A stretch of 64,000 nucleotides of DNA, from the sequence record NC_015287.1. One strand, 5' to 3'. The first letter of the stretch is position 1. Each line of letters starts with the position of its first letter. A model generated the notes under the pieces. That model was not told where the DNA came from, did not search any database, and saw nothing but the letters and a program-made list of their open reading frames with translations. This document shows positions 10,380-20,073 of the stretch, piece by piece. Made by a program: the position numbers and the translations under genes.

Positions 10380-10624
10380 TGGACTTACAAAAAATTGCCA
10401 CCTATGGAACCGCAGCAGCAGTTGTAGGAACTGGTGCCGTGGTAGGTGGCGGTCAAATTATTGATCAACAGATGGGTGGTCCTGCAAAGAGACAGGAAGT
10501 TCAATTACAAGAAATTAGAAAGGTAGTCAGAGAGGAAGTTAGGTCTGCTTTGGAAGAAGCGTGGCCTACTCAATCTGGACCAGTCAAGGGTTTGAAATTG
10601 GTAACCCCCGATGCCAACAAATAA
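10379..10624 (+). CDS. Hypothetical protein with N-terminal hydrophobic anchor
   Basis: YGTAAAVVGTGAVVGGG. Confidence 0.6.
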   Translation: MDLQKIATYGTAAAVVGTGAVVGGGQIIDQQMGGPAKRQEVQLQEIRKVVREEVRSALEEAWPTQSGPVKGLKLVTPDANK

Positions 10625-11489
10625 TATCCCACAGATCTATGTTAATGGAACTGGATTGAGACTCATCCAGACCATAGATACTGGTACAATTAATATTGCA
10701 AATATAAACAGACCTTGGATGGCAACCCCTCCACAGTCAATTCCTTGGACACCTCCTGTAACTATGAACATAGGTACGCCTATCGTAGATATGCCAGGTT
10801 GTGTCAAGGTAAACAAAGAGAACGCTAAGAGAGATCCATCTAGGAATAAAAATCTAGTCAATGATGACCCCAAGGGTAACGTAGTATTATGTGATAGTGG
10901 TATGCCATACTACGAACCACCTGATTATCAGGCGAATGAATTGACATGGACTACAGTATATGGCGAACCAGAAGAAGTTACAGGTGGTGTTGATACAGGT
11001 GATCCACCTCCTCCACCAGATTCCAATACTGAACGACCAAATACTCCAGAAGAATATAAAGATCCTGATTGCCCTGGTCCCAATCAACTTAGAGTGGGTG
11101 ATGTAACTCAGTCAGGAGATGAAAGGGTGACTGGACATCAGTTGATAACTGATCCAAACAATCCTAAACAGAAAATATGTGAGACATTGTACGAATCTAC
11201 TACAGTTGCAGAGAAATTTTTGCCTTCCGTGCCTCAGGCAACCACTACCGTCGCTATTGCTGTAATTGCAACTGCTGGTGCAGCTGCAACACCACTCTTA
11301 CTAAGAATAATCAAACCTATTGTTCAAAAAGCAATCAAGGCAATACAAAAAAAATTCGGTAAGAAAGAGGCTAAACTCTCCATGTCCGAATTAAAAACTA
11401 ATAAGTATAGAAAAGAAAAAGGATTACCAGAACTAAGGTTTGGTGATAGAAAGAATATGATAAAGGACTTGAAGAAGTCTAGTAAGTAA
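10611..11489 (+). CDS. Conserved cyanophage membrane-anchored protein
   Basis: PIVDMPGCV...DDPKGNVVLCDSGMPYY, Pro-rich linker, TM TTVAIAVIATAGAAATPLLL, basic tail. Confidence 0.7.
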   Translation: MPTNNIPQIYVNGTGLRLIQTIDTGTINIANINRPWMATPPQSIPWTPPVTMNIGTPIVDMPGCVKVNKENAKRDPSRNKNLVNDDPKGNVVLCDSGMPYYEPPDYQANELTWTTVYGEPEEVTGGVDTGDPPPPPDSNTERPNTPEEYKDPDCPGPNQLRVGDVTQSGDERVTGHQLITDPNNPKQKICETLYESTTVAEKFLPSVPQATTTVAIAVIATAGAAATPLLLRIIKPIVQKAIKAIQKKFGKKEAKLSMSELKTNKYRKEKGLPELRFGDRKNMIKDLKKSSK

Positions 11490-11976
11490 AGGTTATATTA
11501 CCAGAGACAATCAACCTTTGTTCATTGGTAGGTATGGTTTCATGCCATAACCATGAAGGGAAACAAATTATATCACCACTGCTCTGACCATCAGGAACTA
11601 ATGTGTTGCCTTGAGTGTCAGTAAAACGAAAACACTTTTGTTCTGGCACATCTACAAAGTGAACCCAAGATATATCTGAGGGAACATGATTATGTTCTCC
11701 TATATTGTTACCTTGATCATATAGTTGTGACCAGTATGTATATGTGTATGTTGATTTATTGAAGGCGCCTACATTCTTTACGATATCTTCTACAATAATA
11801 TCGTATCTTTCATTTAGAAATTGATCTGGTCTCTGATCTGCATACTCTTGATTCATCCAGTAAGAACTTTTATGATTGTCAATCAATTCTATGTTCGACA
11901 GTCTGGATTTTAATTTGTTTATTATATTATCTGAGAGCTTAATGTTATCATGAGACCAATAGGGTGGTCTAAACAT
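11479..11976 (-). CDS. Fe(II)/2OG oxygenase-like protein
   Basis: GEHNH...SWVHFV...DIICFPSWLWHET...RLIVSGNI. Confidence 0.8.
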   Translation of the reverse strand: MFRPPYWSHDNIKLSDNIINKLKSRLSNIELIDNHKSSYWMNQEYADQRPDQFLNERYDIIVEDIVKNVGAFNKSTYTYTYWSQLYDQGNNIGEHNHVPSDISWVHFVDVPEQKCFRFTDTQGNTLVPDGQSSGDIICFPSWLWHETIPTNEQRLIVSGNITFTY

Positions 11977-13127
11977 TAGGGTATTTCAAATGTTCCTAGA
12001 TCCTCAGCAGTTCCATTTGGTTTTTCATCCCAGTTTGGTTTAGGCATGTCATGTGTATGAGGAAGTAATTGACCGCCAGGATTTGTAACTACTACGTCAG
12101 CACATACAGAATAGTATGGTGATTTGGGGTGGAAAAATATGCCGCTCTTTTTCAATTCGCCACAATTCTTGAGTCTCGCTAGTTCAAAATCTAATCTCTT
12201 GTTTGCAATGAGTTGACCTTGCATATCATTCTGTAGTTGTGCTGCTTCCATACATTGTTTCTGTAGTTTTCTATTCAATGGTATGGATAATGTGGCAGAT
12301 AAACCAAGATTTAATGATTGGTTTGCTGTCATGTCAGTACGAACAGGTTTCTCCCAGATCACTTGGCCTGGATTGTCTGGTATGCCGTCTGGACCATCTA
12401 CATCTATGGTAATCTCCATGTCCTCACCATCAGGGAACCATCTAGTTCCATCTGCTTTAGTCCTTGTGTCATACCATGACTCCCAAGGATAGTTCTTTAC
12501 AGTTACAGTTTGTTGGGTTGTACGACCAGTGAAGTCAGTAGTATTATACTGAGGTTCCATTACGAAATCTCTCCACGGATCTTTTCTACTATCCGCAAAC
12601 TGTAAGTATGGTGTGAAGTTGATAGTGGCACCTTGACATTGTACGCCACCACCGTAAGTATTAGTTATATACGGTCCCTGAAGGACCTGAATAGCTTGAT
12701 TCGTAACACTGCCCGAGCTGTTCGCGATTGGATTTGCTGTCGCTGAAACTCCTCCGACATTCTCTGCTAATGCCGCCGTCGGACTAATAATTGATAGTAC
12801 TAATGTACTTACTGCGTAAACGTTGAAGTTGTGTCTGTTACGCTTTCCACGGTAGTTACTCTCTGGATTATGGTCTGGTTTGTCATGCCAGGTCCTTGGT
12901 AACTCTGAGTGAATTGGAACGCTCCGCCTGGATTTGTTATCGTAAAGTTGTTTGGGCTGGAGAAATCTAAGGAGTCGAAGGAACTTGTTACTGTTCCTGT
13001 TACTACCGCTCCTCCTGTTGCTCCCGCTGAACTGCTTGGTGTCACGTTCACTGTTGATGTAGTCACTGGTGGGTTGAGAGGTTCTCCGTTGTTGGAAACC
13101 CCAACCCCTGTCACGCTGTATTCCCAT
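11976..13127 (-). CDS. Conserved cyanophage exported/membrane protein; start uncertain
   Basis: SATANPIANSSGSVTNQAIQVLQGPY...GGGVQCQG; C-terminal LDFELARLKNCGE...C; hydrophobic segment VYAVSTLVLSIISPTAALA; only upstream ATG overlaps the neighbour by 319 nt. Confidence 0.7.
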   Translation of the reverse strand: MGIQRDRGWGFQQRRTSQPTSDYINSERDTKQFSGSNRRSGSNRNSNKFLRLLRFLQPKQLYDNKSRRSVPIHSELPRTWHDKPDHNPESNYRGKRNRHNFNVYAVSTLVLSIISPTAALAENVGGVSATANPIANSSGSVTNQAIQVLQGPYITNTYGGGVQCQGATINFTPYLQFADSRKDPWRDFVMEPQYNTTDFTGRTTQQTVTVKNYPWESWYDTRTKADGTRWFPDGEDMEITIDVDGPDGIPDNPGQVIWEKPVRTDMTANQSLNLGLSATLSIPLNRKLQKQCMEAAQLQNDMQGQLIANKRLDFELARLKNCGELKKSGIFFHPKSPYYSVCADVVVTNPGGQLLPHTHDMPKPNWDEKPNGTAEDLGTFEIP

Positions 13128-13294
13128 CCTGTCCTCATATCGATAGAATTTATTGTCTCCGTCACGGTAGAACTCGTCTCCGTTCGGGAGGTCATGCTGC
13201 CCTGTTGGAAATTAGGCACCACAGGGACAGCATTCGCAGTCCTCACATTCGCAAGGACAAACGCACCCACAACAATCGCAAGTACTCTCTTCAT
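12809..13294 (-). CDS. Secreted protein (signal peptide)
   Basis: MKRVLAIVVGAFVLANVRTANA|VPVVPNF; Thr/Ser-rich. Confidence 0.75.
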   Translation of the reverse strand: MKRVLAIVVGAFVLANVRTANAVPVVPNFQQGSMTSRTETSSTVTETINSIDMRTGWEYSVTGVGVSNNGEPLNPPVTTSTVNVTPSSSAGATGGAVVTGTVTSSFDSLDFSSPNNFTITNPGGAFQFTQSYQGPGMTNQTIIQRVTTVESVTDTTSTFTQ

Positions 13295-13302
13295 TACTCA
13301 TG

Positions 13303-13833
13303 CTAATCCACGCTGATTTCGGACACAAATTGGCCAGTAGCTGTAGTACCCGCCCCACCAGCTGTTAGTGTCATAACGCCCGCTGATGTAATTGTACCAG
13401 CCAAACTGCCTGCCACGCCACCACTTTGAGTAGTTACACTACCATAAGCGGGCATGTCGGCAACGATGCCAGTAGATACGTCAACACCAGTTCCGATTGG
13501 GTTTACTGCATCGCCCATAACGAACGACTCAGTTAAGCTGAACGCGGACCCAGCTGTGGTAACTGAATATGCACCTTGAGTCTGTGACGCTGCAGCGGTT
13601 GCCGCACTGTCACCAGATGCTTTGGTAAGTCCACCCATAGTACCAGCGGTGATATTGTTTCCGCTTACACTGTAGGTTGAACCAATTCTTGTAGCCTGAG
13701 TTGCTGCACCATCCACACTAAGTTGCGTGCTCGTAGTGAGTCTGTGAATCAAATCGGCTCTAACTGGGCTTGCCAAGGGAGCCGCCATCAAAAGCATAAC
13801 AATAGGTAGGAATCTTTTCATGGATCTCCGCAC
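13303..13833 (-). CDS. Secreted protein (signal peptide)
   Basis: MKRFLPIVMLLMAAPLASPVRA|DLIHR; RBS GGAG; TATTTA at 13849-13854. Confidence 0.75.
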   Translation of the reverse strand: MRRSMKRFLPIVMLLMAAPLASPVRADLIHRLTTSTQLSVDGAATQATRIGSTYSVSGNNITAGTMGGLTKASGDSAATAAASQTQGAYSVTTAGSAFSLTESFVMGDAVNPIGTGVDVSTGIVADMPAYGSVTTQSGGVAGSLAGTITSAGVMTLTAGGAGTTATGQFVSEISVD

Positions 13834-13848
13834 TAGTTAGTCTGCCTG

Positions 13849-13854
13849 TATTTA
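13849..13854 (-). promoter_or_regulatory. T4-like late promoter (minus strand)
   Basis: TATAAATA on minus strand upstream of 13833. Confidence 0.65.
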
Positions 13855-13881
13855 TACGCAAAAATTTTATATAATTTGATA

Positions 13882-14484
13882 CTAATTTTGGAAGAAAGTT
13901 ATTTGATAAGTGTTTAAGTCAATGGTGGCACGAGCTATTCTCTGACCATTCCCTTCTCGGTCAACACTTGTAACAACTTTAGGTTGTGATTCTTTGTAAT
14001 TTGTAAAGGATTGTGCATATCCTACGTTGATAAATCCAAATCCAGGCACATTGGGTGTGTCTCTTTCTAATGACATAGTTCCACCTTGATAGGCAGAACC
14101 TCTTACTACCACTGGATCTGTGCCAACTTCTGCATACCACATGCCTCTGAAATCTAGTTCAATAGTATTGTCTGTAAGTCCGCCTGGGATACTTTTGATT
14201 GCATTTACATCAATGTATATACCCTCATATCCCTCAGTATCATTGACGTTATCTCCACCCCATTTCATATATGTAATTGACCCACCACCATCTACAATCT
14301 GAGGTAGTTTGTCAGTTCCTACTACTTGTCCAGCTAATTGAGTAGGACGAATGAACTCACATCTGAGGTCAAAGTCCTTACCATCAGTCCAGTGCCAATA
14401 GAACTGTAATAAATTTGCGAAAAATATCGGAGGATCGAACTGAGCTCCTCTCGACTTCCCGATTCCAAATGCTAAAGGTGACAT
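13882..14484 (-). CDS. Hypothetical structural protein
   Basis: 200 aa ORF in late minus-strand block. Confidence 0.65.
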   Translation of the reverse strand: MSPLAFGIGKSRGAQFDPPIFFANLLQFYWHWTDGKDFDLRCEFIRPTQLAGQVVGTDKLPQIVDGGGSITYMKWGGDNVNDTEGYEGIYIDVNAIKSIPGGLTDNTIELDFRGMWYAEVGTDPVVVRGSAYQGGTMSLERDTPNVPGFGFINVGYAQSFTNYKESQPKVVTSVDREGNGQRIARATIDLNTYQITFFQN

Positions 14485-14485
14485 A

Positions 14486-15220
14486 TTAACTAGGGATTAC
14501 AAATGTGCCTAACATACCACCGTGAGCGGTACATTGATATTGATAACTTGATGGTGCGTCGTGTGGGATTGTGAAAATCTGTACTCCTGTTTGAGATCCA
14601 CTGACATATGTTCCAACACCTGTTGATGTATTGGTAAACTGAATACGGAATGGGTGTGAACCACCAGTAGAGTTTTCAAACATGTATGTAAATCCTCTCA
14701 TTAAGTAGAGAGTAGGATTTCCCACAGTATTTCTTTGGCCAGGACCAGCAAAACGATAGTCACTAGAACCATTTGCAGTGATGTAATATCTAGTGCAGAA
14801 TCCTCTACCAGTTCCATCACTGGTAATAAGATCAGTAACAAAACTACCAGCAGTTACAATACCTACAACATCTAGAGTATCAGCAGTGAGGTTTGCTGGT
14901 ACACTACCACCTCCAGTCTGATCAGCAACCCAATCATAGTCACTTCCGTTCCAACTTAGAATCTCTCCAGAGGAAGCACTACCAGTATTGAGGTGTGTAT
15001 CAACATCAGAGTTACCATAACTACCTCCGCCTGGAAGGTTAGTTAATCCAGCACCGTTACCTACAAACGCTGTTGCAGTAACAACTCCTGTGACTGTGGT
15101 GTTAGTCTGGATTGCAACTTGACCAGCTTTTAAATTTAGGTCACCATTACTTTCTATAGTCGGATCACCAGTTGCTCCAACTATATTCAGGTCCTTTACA
15201 CCAAATGATTTTTCTGCCAT
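14486..15220 (-). CDS. Fibre-like structural protein with C-terminal cupredoxin-like domain
   Basis: NPTLYLMRGFTYMF...SHPFRI...YQYQCTAHGGM; TATTTA at 15239-15244. Confidence 0.65.
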   Translation of the reverse strand: MAEKSFGVKDLNIVGATGDPTIESNGDLNLKAGQVAIQTNTTVTGVVTATAFVGNGAGLTNLPGGGSYGNSDVDTHLNTGSASSGEILSWNGSDYDWVADQTGGGSVPANLTADTLDVVGIVTAGSFVTDLITSDGTGRGFCTRYYITANGSSDYRFAGPGQRNTVGNPTLYLMRGFTYMFENSTGGSHPFRIQFTNTSTGVGTYVSGSQTGVQIFTIPHDAPSSYQYQCTAHGGMLGTFVIPS

Positions 15221-15244
15221 TTCGCTAGTCTTTTTTAGTATTTA

Positions 15245-17461
15245 TTAGGAAAATTTTATTTCAACTCCACCACTAATTTTAAGGTTAGGGGAGTTTGTGA
15301 TTCGGATCTCAGGTTTCTTTGGTTCATTAGGTGAACCAGTAGGAGCATCCCAGATGATAACAGGTCCTTGACCATATGCCATGTGAGAGTACATATCTTC
15401 CCATGCAGCTGTTGTTGCAGTGAAAGATGTGATGTCATCACCGTAGTAAAATCTGTCAGGATCTTGAGTGCCACATTGATTATTCAACCAACTTTTGACA
15501 TCTCTCCAAGTCCAACCTCTATTATATTGTAGTTTGGTGGTGATCCACCCAGCACATGTAGGACATCCAGAACTTGTGCCTCCAAAATCTACATCATATG
15601 GAGTAAGTCCTAAACCAACATATGTTTCTGGGTGAACATATGTAAGAGATGACGCTCTACCATCTGCTGTAAGTGTGTCATCAGCCGCACCATAACAATC
15701 AATACCTGTTCCCATATCACTATAGGAAACTTTCTTTTCTTTATAGTCTGTGGTATTACCACCCAGTCCACTACTTATATATTGGTCATCTAACGCACCA
15801 ATATTGATAGCAGCATACTCAGTTCCAGCAGTAGATAAACCAGATGTAGTCTTACCTAATGACTGTGGCCACCCTCTTCTGTTGATAGTGTTATAACATG
15901 TCAATCCAAATTCACTATGAGTTGCAGTTGCTAAAGACCGACTATCACCTTGAGAAGATGTAGCCCAATAATTATCAAAGTCAAGATCGCCAGGACTGCA
16001 TTGAGTCTGATTACTATTACCAGCAGCACAGACGAAGATAACTCCTGCCTCAGACAACTCATCACCAGCAGCAGTAACAGAACTGTCTACCATCTCACCT
16101 TTCATTCTATTGCCATCACCATACGCACCTAGTAGATCAATAAATTCTGGTGCGGATGAACTACTATATGATGTCCCTGTTTCAGATCCGTCTATCGCTG
16201 ATGGTCTATACCAATAGTATCCACCGTTGTGTATGGTGTTTGCTCTATATCCCCAACTATTACTTGACAATGTGGGGTTTTTAGTATCATTTTGTCTGCC
16301 AGTAATAGCAGAATGTCTATCATAGTTTGGTTTATATAAGTGGAAGAGTTTCTGTATATCAAATTGACTACCATTGATTCCAGCATTAGAACCACCAATA
16401 CCATTTAATACCCATTTGTTGCAGTTATATGCTGATCCATAATTCTTACCATATACTTGACCAGCACACTGAGTTCCATGATCAGAACCGTTAGTTGGTT
16501 TCTGTGTGTTACTTCCATTACAACTTTGTCTACTATAGAAACTACTGAAACCATTAGTAGTACCAATGGTAGAGAATCCCGCTGATCTTTGACTCGAATC
16601 AGACCACCATGCTCTAGCAACAGATTCCACTGGAACTGTTGTACCATCCCAACGTTGAGTTAATCTATTGCCTGGATCTGCATTGAACCAGTCTGGGTCA
16701 ATATAATATGGACCATCAAGAAGTACATCTAGGACACCACATGTGCCTGGTGTTGTAGATATACCACTCCATGTCAATGCGTTTCCTGTTGACCAACCTA
16801 CAGGATCATCGGCAGTTGTTACAAATTCTGGGTGTGCAATCCAGAAACCATCATCAGATACGATTGCATCTACACCAGTTCCGTCACCTAATTGAAAATT
16901 TTCTTTCTCTATAATAATATGGTCTGATCCAGTGAGTCCAGTGAATGTTGCATCCCAAGGATTCTCTTTCTGAGTATGTCTTAGTATTTGATATCCAGTT
17001 CTGTTTTTATCTGTTGCACCAATACCAGCCTGAGTTGTTGGTGGTCTTGTACCAGTAGGTGCAGTATTAAATGCTCTGTAGTTAGATATTGAACCCACTC
17101 CTCTGCCAAATCTTTGCACACCAGCAACAATATCTTTTGGATCAGGATGATAGTTGCCTGGATATACATCATAGTCGATACAAACCCACTGCACCTTCTC
17201 ATGTTTTCTTAAATCTTCTGCCTCTGCATCAGTCAACATATAAGTTGCTCTGGTATCACTGTGTTCCTTTTTGTCAGGACATACTATAGATGGATCAGGT
17301 ATATTATCCTCTAGTGAACCATCCTTTTCTAGCTCTTCGTGGATGAATACCCAATCCTCTTTGGTATAACATTTGATAGAGTATGCTTTTTTAGCATCAG
17401 GATCAGTAGGCCTAGTCGCTAGATTGGTCCTATCAAGAGTGTTCGTACTAGTATGAATCAT
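15245..17461 (-). CDS. Subtilisin-like (S8) serine protease
   Basis: Asp (IVSDDG), His (DHGTQCAG), oxyanion Asn (AAGNS), Ser (FGGTSSGCP); N-terminal prodomain-like segment. Confidence 0.85.
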   Translation of the reverse strand: MIHTSTNTLDRTNLATRPTDPDAKKAYSIKCYTKEDWVFIHEELEKDGSLEDNIPDPSIVCPDKKEHSDTRATYMLTDAEAEDLRKHEKVQWVCIDYDVYPGNYHPDPKDIVAGVQRFGRGVGSISNYRAFNTAPTGTRPPTTQAGIGATDKNRTGYQILRHTQKENPWDATFTGLTGSDHIIIEKENFQLGDGTGVDAIVSDDGFWIAHPEFVTTADDPVGWSTGNALTWSGISTTPGTCGVLDVLLDGPYYIDPDWFNADPGNRLTQRWDGTTVPVESVARAWWSDSSQRSAGFSTIGTTNGFSSFYSRQSCNGSNTQKPTNGSDHGTQCAGQVYGKNYGSAYNCNKWVLNGIGGSNAGINGSQFDIQKLFHLYKPNYDRHSAITGRQNDTKNPTLSSNSWGYRANTIHNGGYYWYRPSAIDGSETGTSYSSSSAPEFIDLLGAYGDGNRMKGEMVDSSVTAAGDELSEAGVIFVCAAGNSNQTQCSPGDLDFDNYWATSSQGDSRSLATATHSEFGLTCYNTINRRGWPQSLGKTTSGLSTAGTEYAAINIGALDDQYISSGLGGNTTDYKEKKVSYSDMGTGIDCYGAADDTLTADGRASSLTYVHPETYVGLGLTPYDVDFGGTSSGCPTCAGWITTKLQYNRGWTWRDVKSWLNNQCGTQDPDRFYYGDDITSFTATTAAWEDMYSHMAYGQGPVIIWDAPTGSPNEPKKPEIRITNSPNLKISGGVEIKFS

Positions 17462-20019
17462 AATCCTTGAATCAGAGTCTTAACGTATCTATATGTGGAC
17501 AATCCAGAGATCCCTGCCTCTGGTGTGAATTTAACTAAAACGTTACCACTACTTATTGTTGCAGCAATAGATACCTGTTGTTCTGGAGAGAACATGATGC
17601 CATATTCTTGTGAGAACGCTGTGCTTCCGTCGTGCATGACAAGAACTTTCTGTGATTGTCTGAATGTTCCCAGACCAATCATGAATGTGTACTCAGCACC
17701 AGAGTAACTGGCAACTGGGAATGAATCAATCTGTTGTTCTACACCAGCGGATGCAGTGTATGTTCCGAATCCAGTGGTTGAGACACCACCGCCACCACCT
17801 ATTGCACTGATCGTGATAGTTGCATCAGTTCCAGATGCCGTTGCAGTGACTCCACTTCCAACAAAGTTGATTGAGGTTACACCTGTTGCAACGTTAGTTC
17901 CCTCTTCTTTGATGATGACACCACCACCACTACCACCACCACCTTGAGCAGCAGCTGGAACCCATTGTGATCCACTCCATGTTAGTACATGGTTGGTGCT
18001 TGGAGTTGCACTCGAAACATTAGATAGATCACCTAAGTTTGAACCATTAATATTTGTGATGTATCCAGCACTTGCATGGTTGCCCCATGAGTATGCTTGT
18101 TCATACTGGGATATATCTAGACCAGTGATAGTTGCAGCAGCACCTGTGAATGGAACCGCTCCTGCCAAGTTAACAGTTGCAACTCCACCACTATGCGTCA
18201 CTGTACATGCAGCACCAATAAAGTTAACTGTCTGTGCAGTACCAACGGTAGATCCTTCCTCTTGGTATACCATACCAGAGATGCCACCACCTCCACCACC
18301 TGATGTGGTGACTGTTACAACACCAGCAGATGCAGGGGAAACACTGAAACCAGTTCCGAAGTTTACAGTTCCAATAGTTCCTACGAGTGTGCCACCTTCT
18401 CTAATGATAATACCACTACCAGATGCGGTGATACCTGTCAGTCCAGAACCATCTCCAACGAATGTTGCACCAGTAACAATACCAGTACAGTTGATATTAG
18501 CAACTAAAATGTCTGGTTTACCAGTCAATCCTCTTGATAGAGTTGCGATACCAGAAGAAGCTGCATAGGATACCGCGATATTAGATAATCCAGATCCATC
18601 ACCAGTGAATGATGTCGCAGTTATAACACCAACTTTATAGTGTTCAGTTCCTGTTCCTACAGTATTATCAAGGTTTCTACTGATGAGTTCTATCCATGCA
18701 CCAGCGTGTGCAAAGTATGCTTTACCAGTATCATGTGCATGTGCAAACTGACCGTGATAATCTCCTGGCAAAGGTAGAGATGAATAAGAAGCCCATAGGA
18801 ATGGTAGTCTATTATCTGTTGCAGTACCGTCTACACGACCAGCAATTCCAAGATTACCTACAACTCTAAGTTTATAACTCTGTGTATTGGTAGTTCCAAG
18901 ACCAACATTGCTGAGAGTGTGAATACCAGTGGAGTTTGTTCTCCAAATACTATCTGTTGATGGTAAGTTTGTAAGTTCAGATCCATCACCAGCAAACTTG
19001 GATGCAGTTATAACACCCACGGTGAAGTAGTTACCTAGATGATCACCATGAAGTATCTTTCTCCAACCATTGTAACCACCCATTGTGGTTCCACTGGAAA
19101 CATATGCAGTCTTAGTATTGTTTGCCCATGCAAACATACCTCTCCAACTTGTAGCACTAGGTAAGTCACCTGTTGCGTCAAAGTCAAAACGCATCTTACT
19201 ACCTTGGCCTGGGAAGGTTACAATTCCAAGACCATTGACATTATCAACAACTATTGATGGAGTTCCTGTTAAATTCTGTGCGACTGAGGCGATACCAGCT
19301 GTGTGTGCATACCCAGCCATGGTTGCAAACCCAGTGTTACCAGTGTATGTTGCAACACCAGCTACCTTTGCGTACTCGGCTACTCCTGAGTTAGTTGCAA
19401 TACCAGATGCCTGTGCGTAGGTTACAATACCAGCGACTGTGGCAAAGTTTGCAGTGTAAGCCAGAGTTGCCGTGTCAGCGAACCCAGCTGTTCCTGATGT
19501 GGTAGATACTCCAGCAACGTTTGCATATGCAGATGTGGTAGAGAATCCAGAAGTATATGCAAATCCTACTGTATCAGCAGCACCGATTGTAACGTTACCA
19601 CCAAATGCCTGTGTAACATCTAAGTTTCTATCGAAGTTAAGACTCTGTGCAACACCAACTAGAACACCACTGTCCTTAATGACAACACCAGAACCTGTTG
19701 CAGTCACACCAGTCAGACCAGAACCATCTCCAACGAATGTTCCAGTTGTAATACCTGTTAATTGAACGTTACCTGATACAAATAAAGCAGCAGTAGGATC
19801 GGTTGTTCCGATGCCAACGTTCTTACTTGTGTAGATTCCTGAGTTCCCTGCCTTTGTCCAAGTACCAGCACTCCCTGCATTGGCACTAAGGTTTGTTCCG
19901 TCACCAAAGGTAGTATAGATCTCTGTAAAGTTTTGGTTTACTTTGGTTGCACCCAAGGCGAGGGAATCTCCCAGACCATCATTCGGTGTGAATCCAGTAA
20001 ATATTCCCTGTCGAGCCAT
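17458..20019 (-). CDS. Tail fibre-like protein
   Basis: GFTPNDGLGDSLALGATKVNQNFTEIY anchor; repeated FxGDGSGLTG, VGIGTT, GVATY units; TATTTA at 20049-20054. Confidence 0.8.
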   Translation of the reverse strand: MARQGIFTGFTPNDGLGDSLALGATKVNQNFTEIYTTFGDGTNLSANAGSAGTWTKAGNSGIYTSKNVGIGTTDPTAALFVSGNVQLTGITTGTFVGDGSGLTGVTATGSGVVIKDSGVLVGVAQSLNFDRNLDVTQAFGGNVTIGAADTVGFAYTSGFSTTSAYANVAGVSTTSGTAGFADTATLAYTANFATVAGIVTYAQASGIATNSGVAEYAKVAGVATYTGNTGFATMAGYAHTAGIASVAQNLTGTPSIVVDNVNGLGIVTFPGQGSKMRFDFDATGDLPSATSWRGMFAWANNTKTAYVSSGTTMGGYNGWRKILHGDHLGNYFTVGVITASKFAGDGSELTNLPSTDSIWRTNSTGIHTLSNVGLGTTNTQSYKLRVVGNLGIAGRVDGTATDNRLPFLWASYSSLPLPGDYHGQFAHAHDTGKAYFAHAGAWIELISRNLDNTVGTGTEHYKVGVITATSFTGDGSGLSNIAVSYAASSGIATLSRGLTGKPDILVANINCTGIVTGATFVGDGSGLTGITASGSGIIIREGGTLVGTIGTVNFGTGFSVSPASAGVVTVTTSGGGGGGISGMVYQEEGSTVGTAQTVNFIGAACTVTHSGGVATVNLAGAVPFTGAAATITGLDISQYEQAYSWGNHASAGYITNINGSNLGDLSNVSSATPSTNHVLTWSGSQWVPAAAQGGGGSGGGVIIKEEGTNVATGVTSINFVGSGVTATASGTDATITISAIGGGGGVSTTGFGTYTASAGVEQQIDSFPVASYSGAEYTFMIGLGTFRQSQKVLVMHDGSTAFSQEYGIMFSPEQQVSIAATISSGNVLVKFTPEAGISGLSTYRYVKTLIQGL

Positions 20020-20048
20020 TTAGCTAAAATTATAGAGTCCCTGTCTTC

Positions 20049-20069
20049 TATTTATTGATATAATAAATA
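20049..20069. promoter_or_regulatory. Divergent pair of late promoters
   Basis: TATTTA (20049-54, minus) and TAAATA (20064-69, plus) between divergent genes. Confidence 0.6.
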
Positions 20070-20073
20070 CGTT

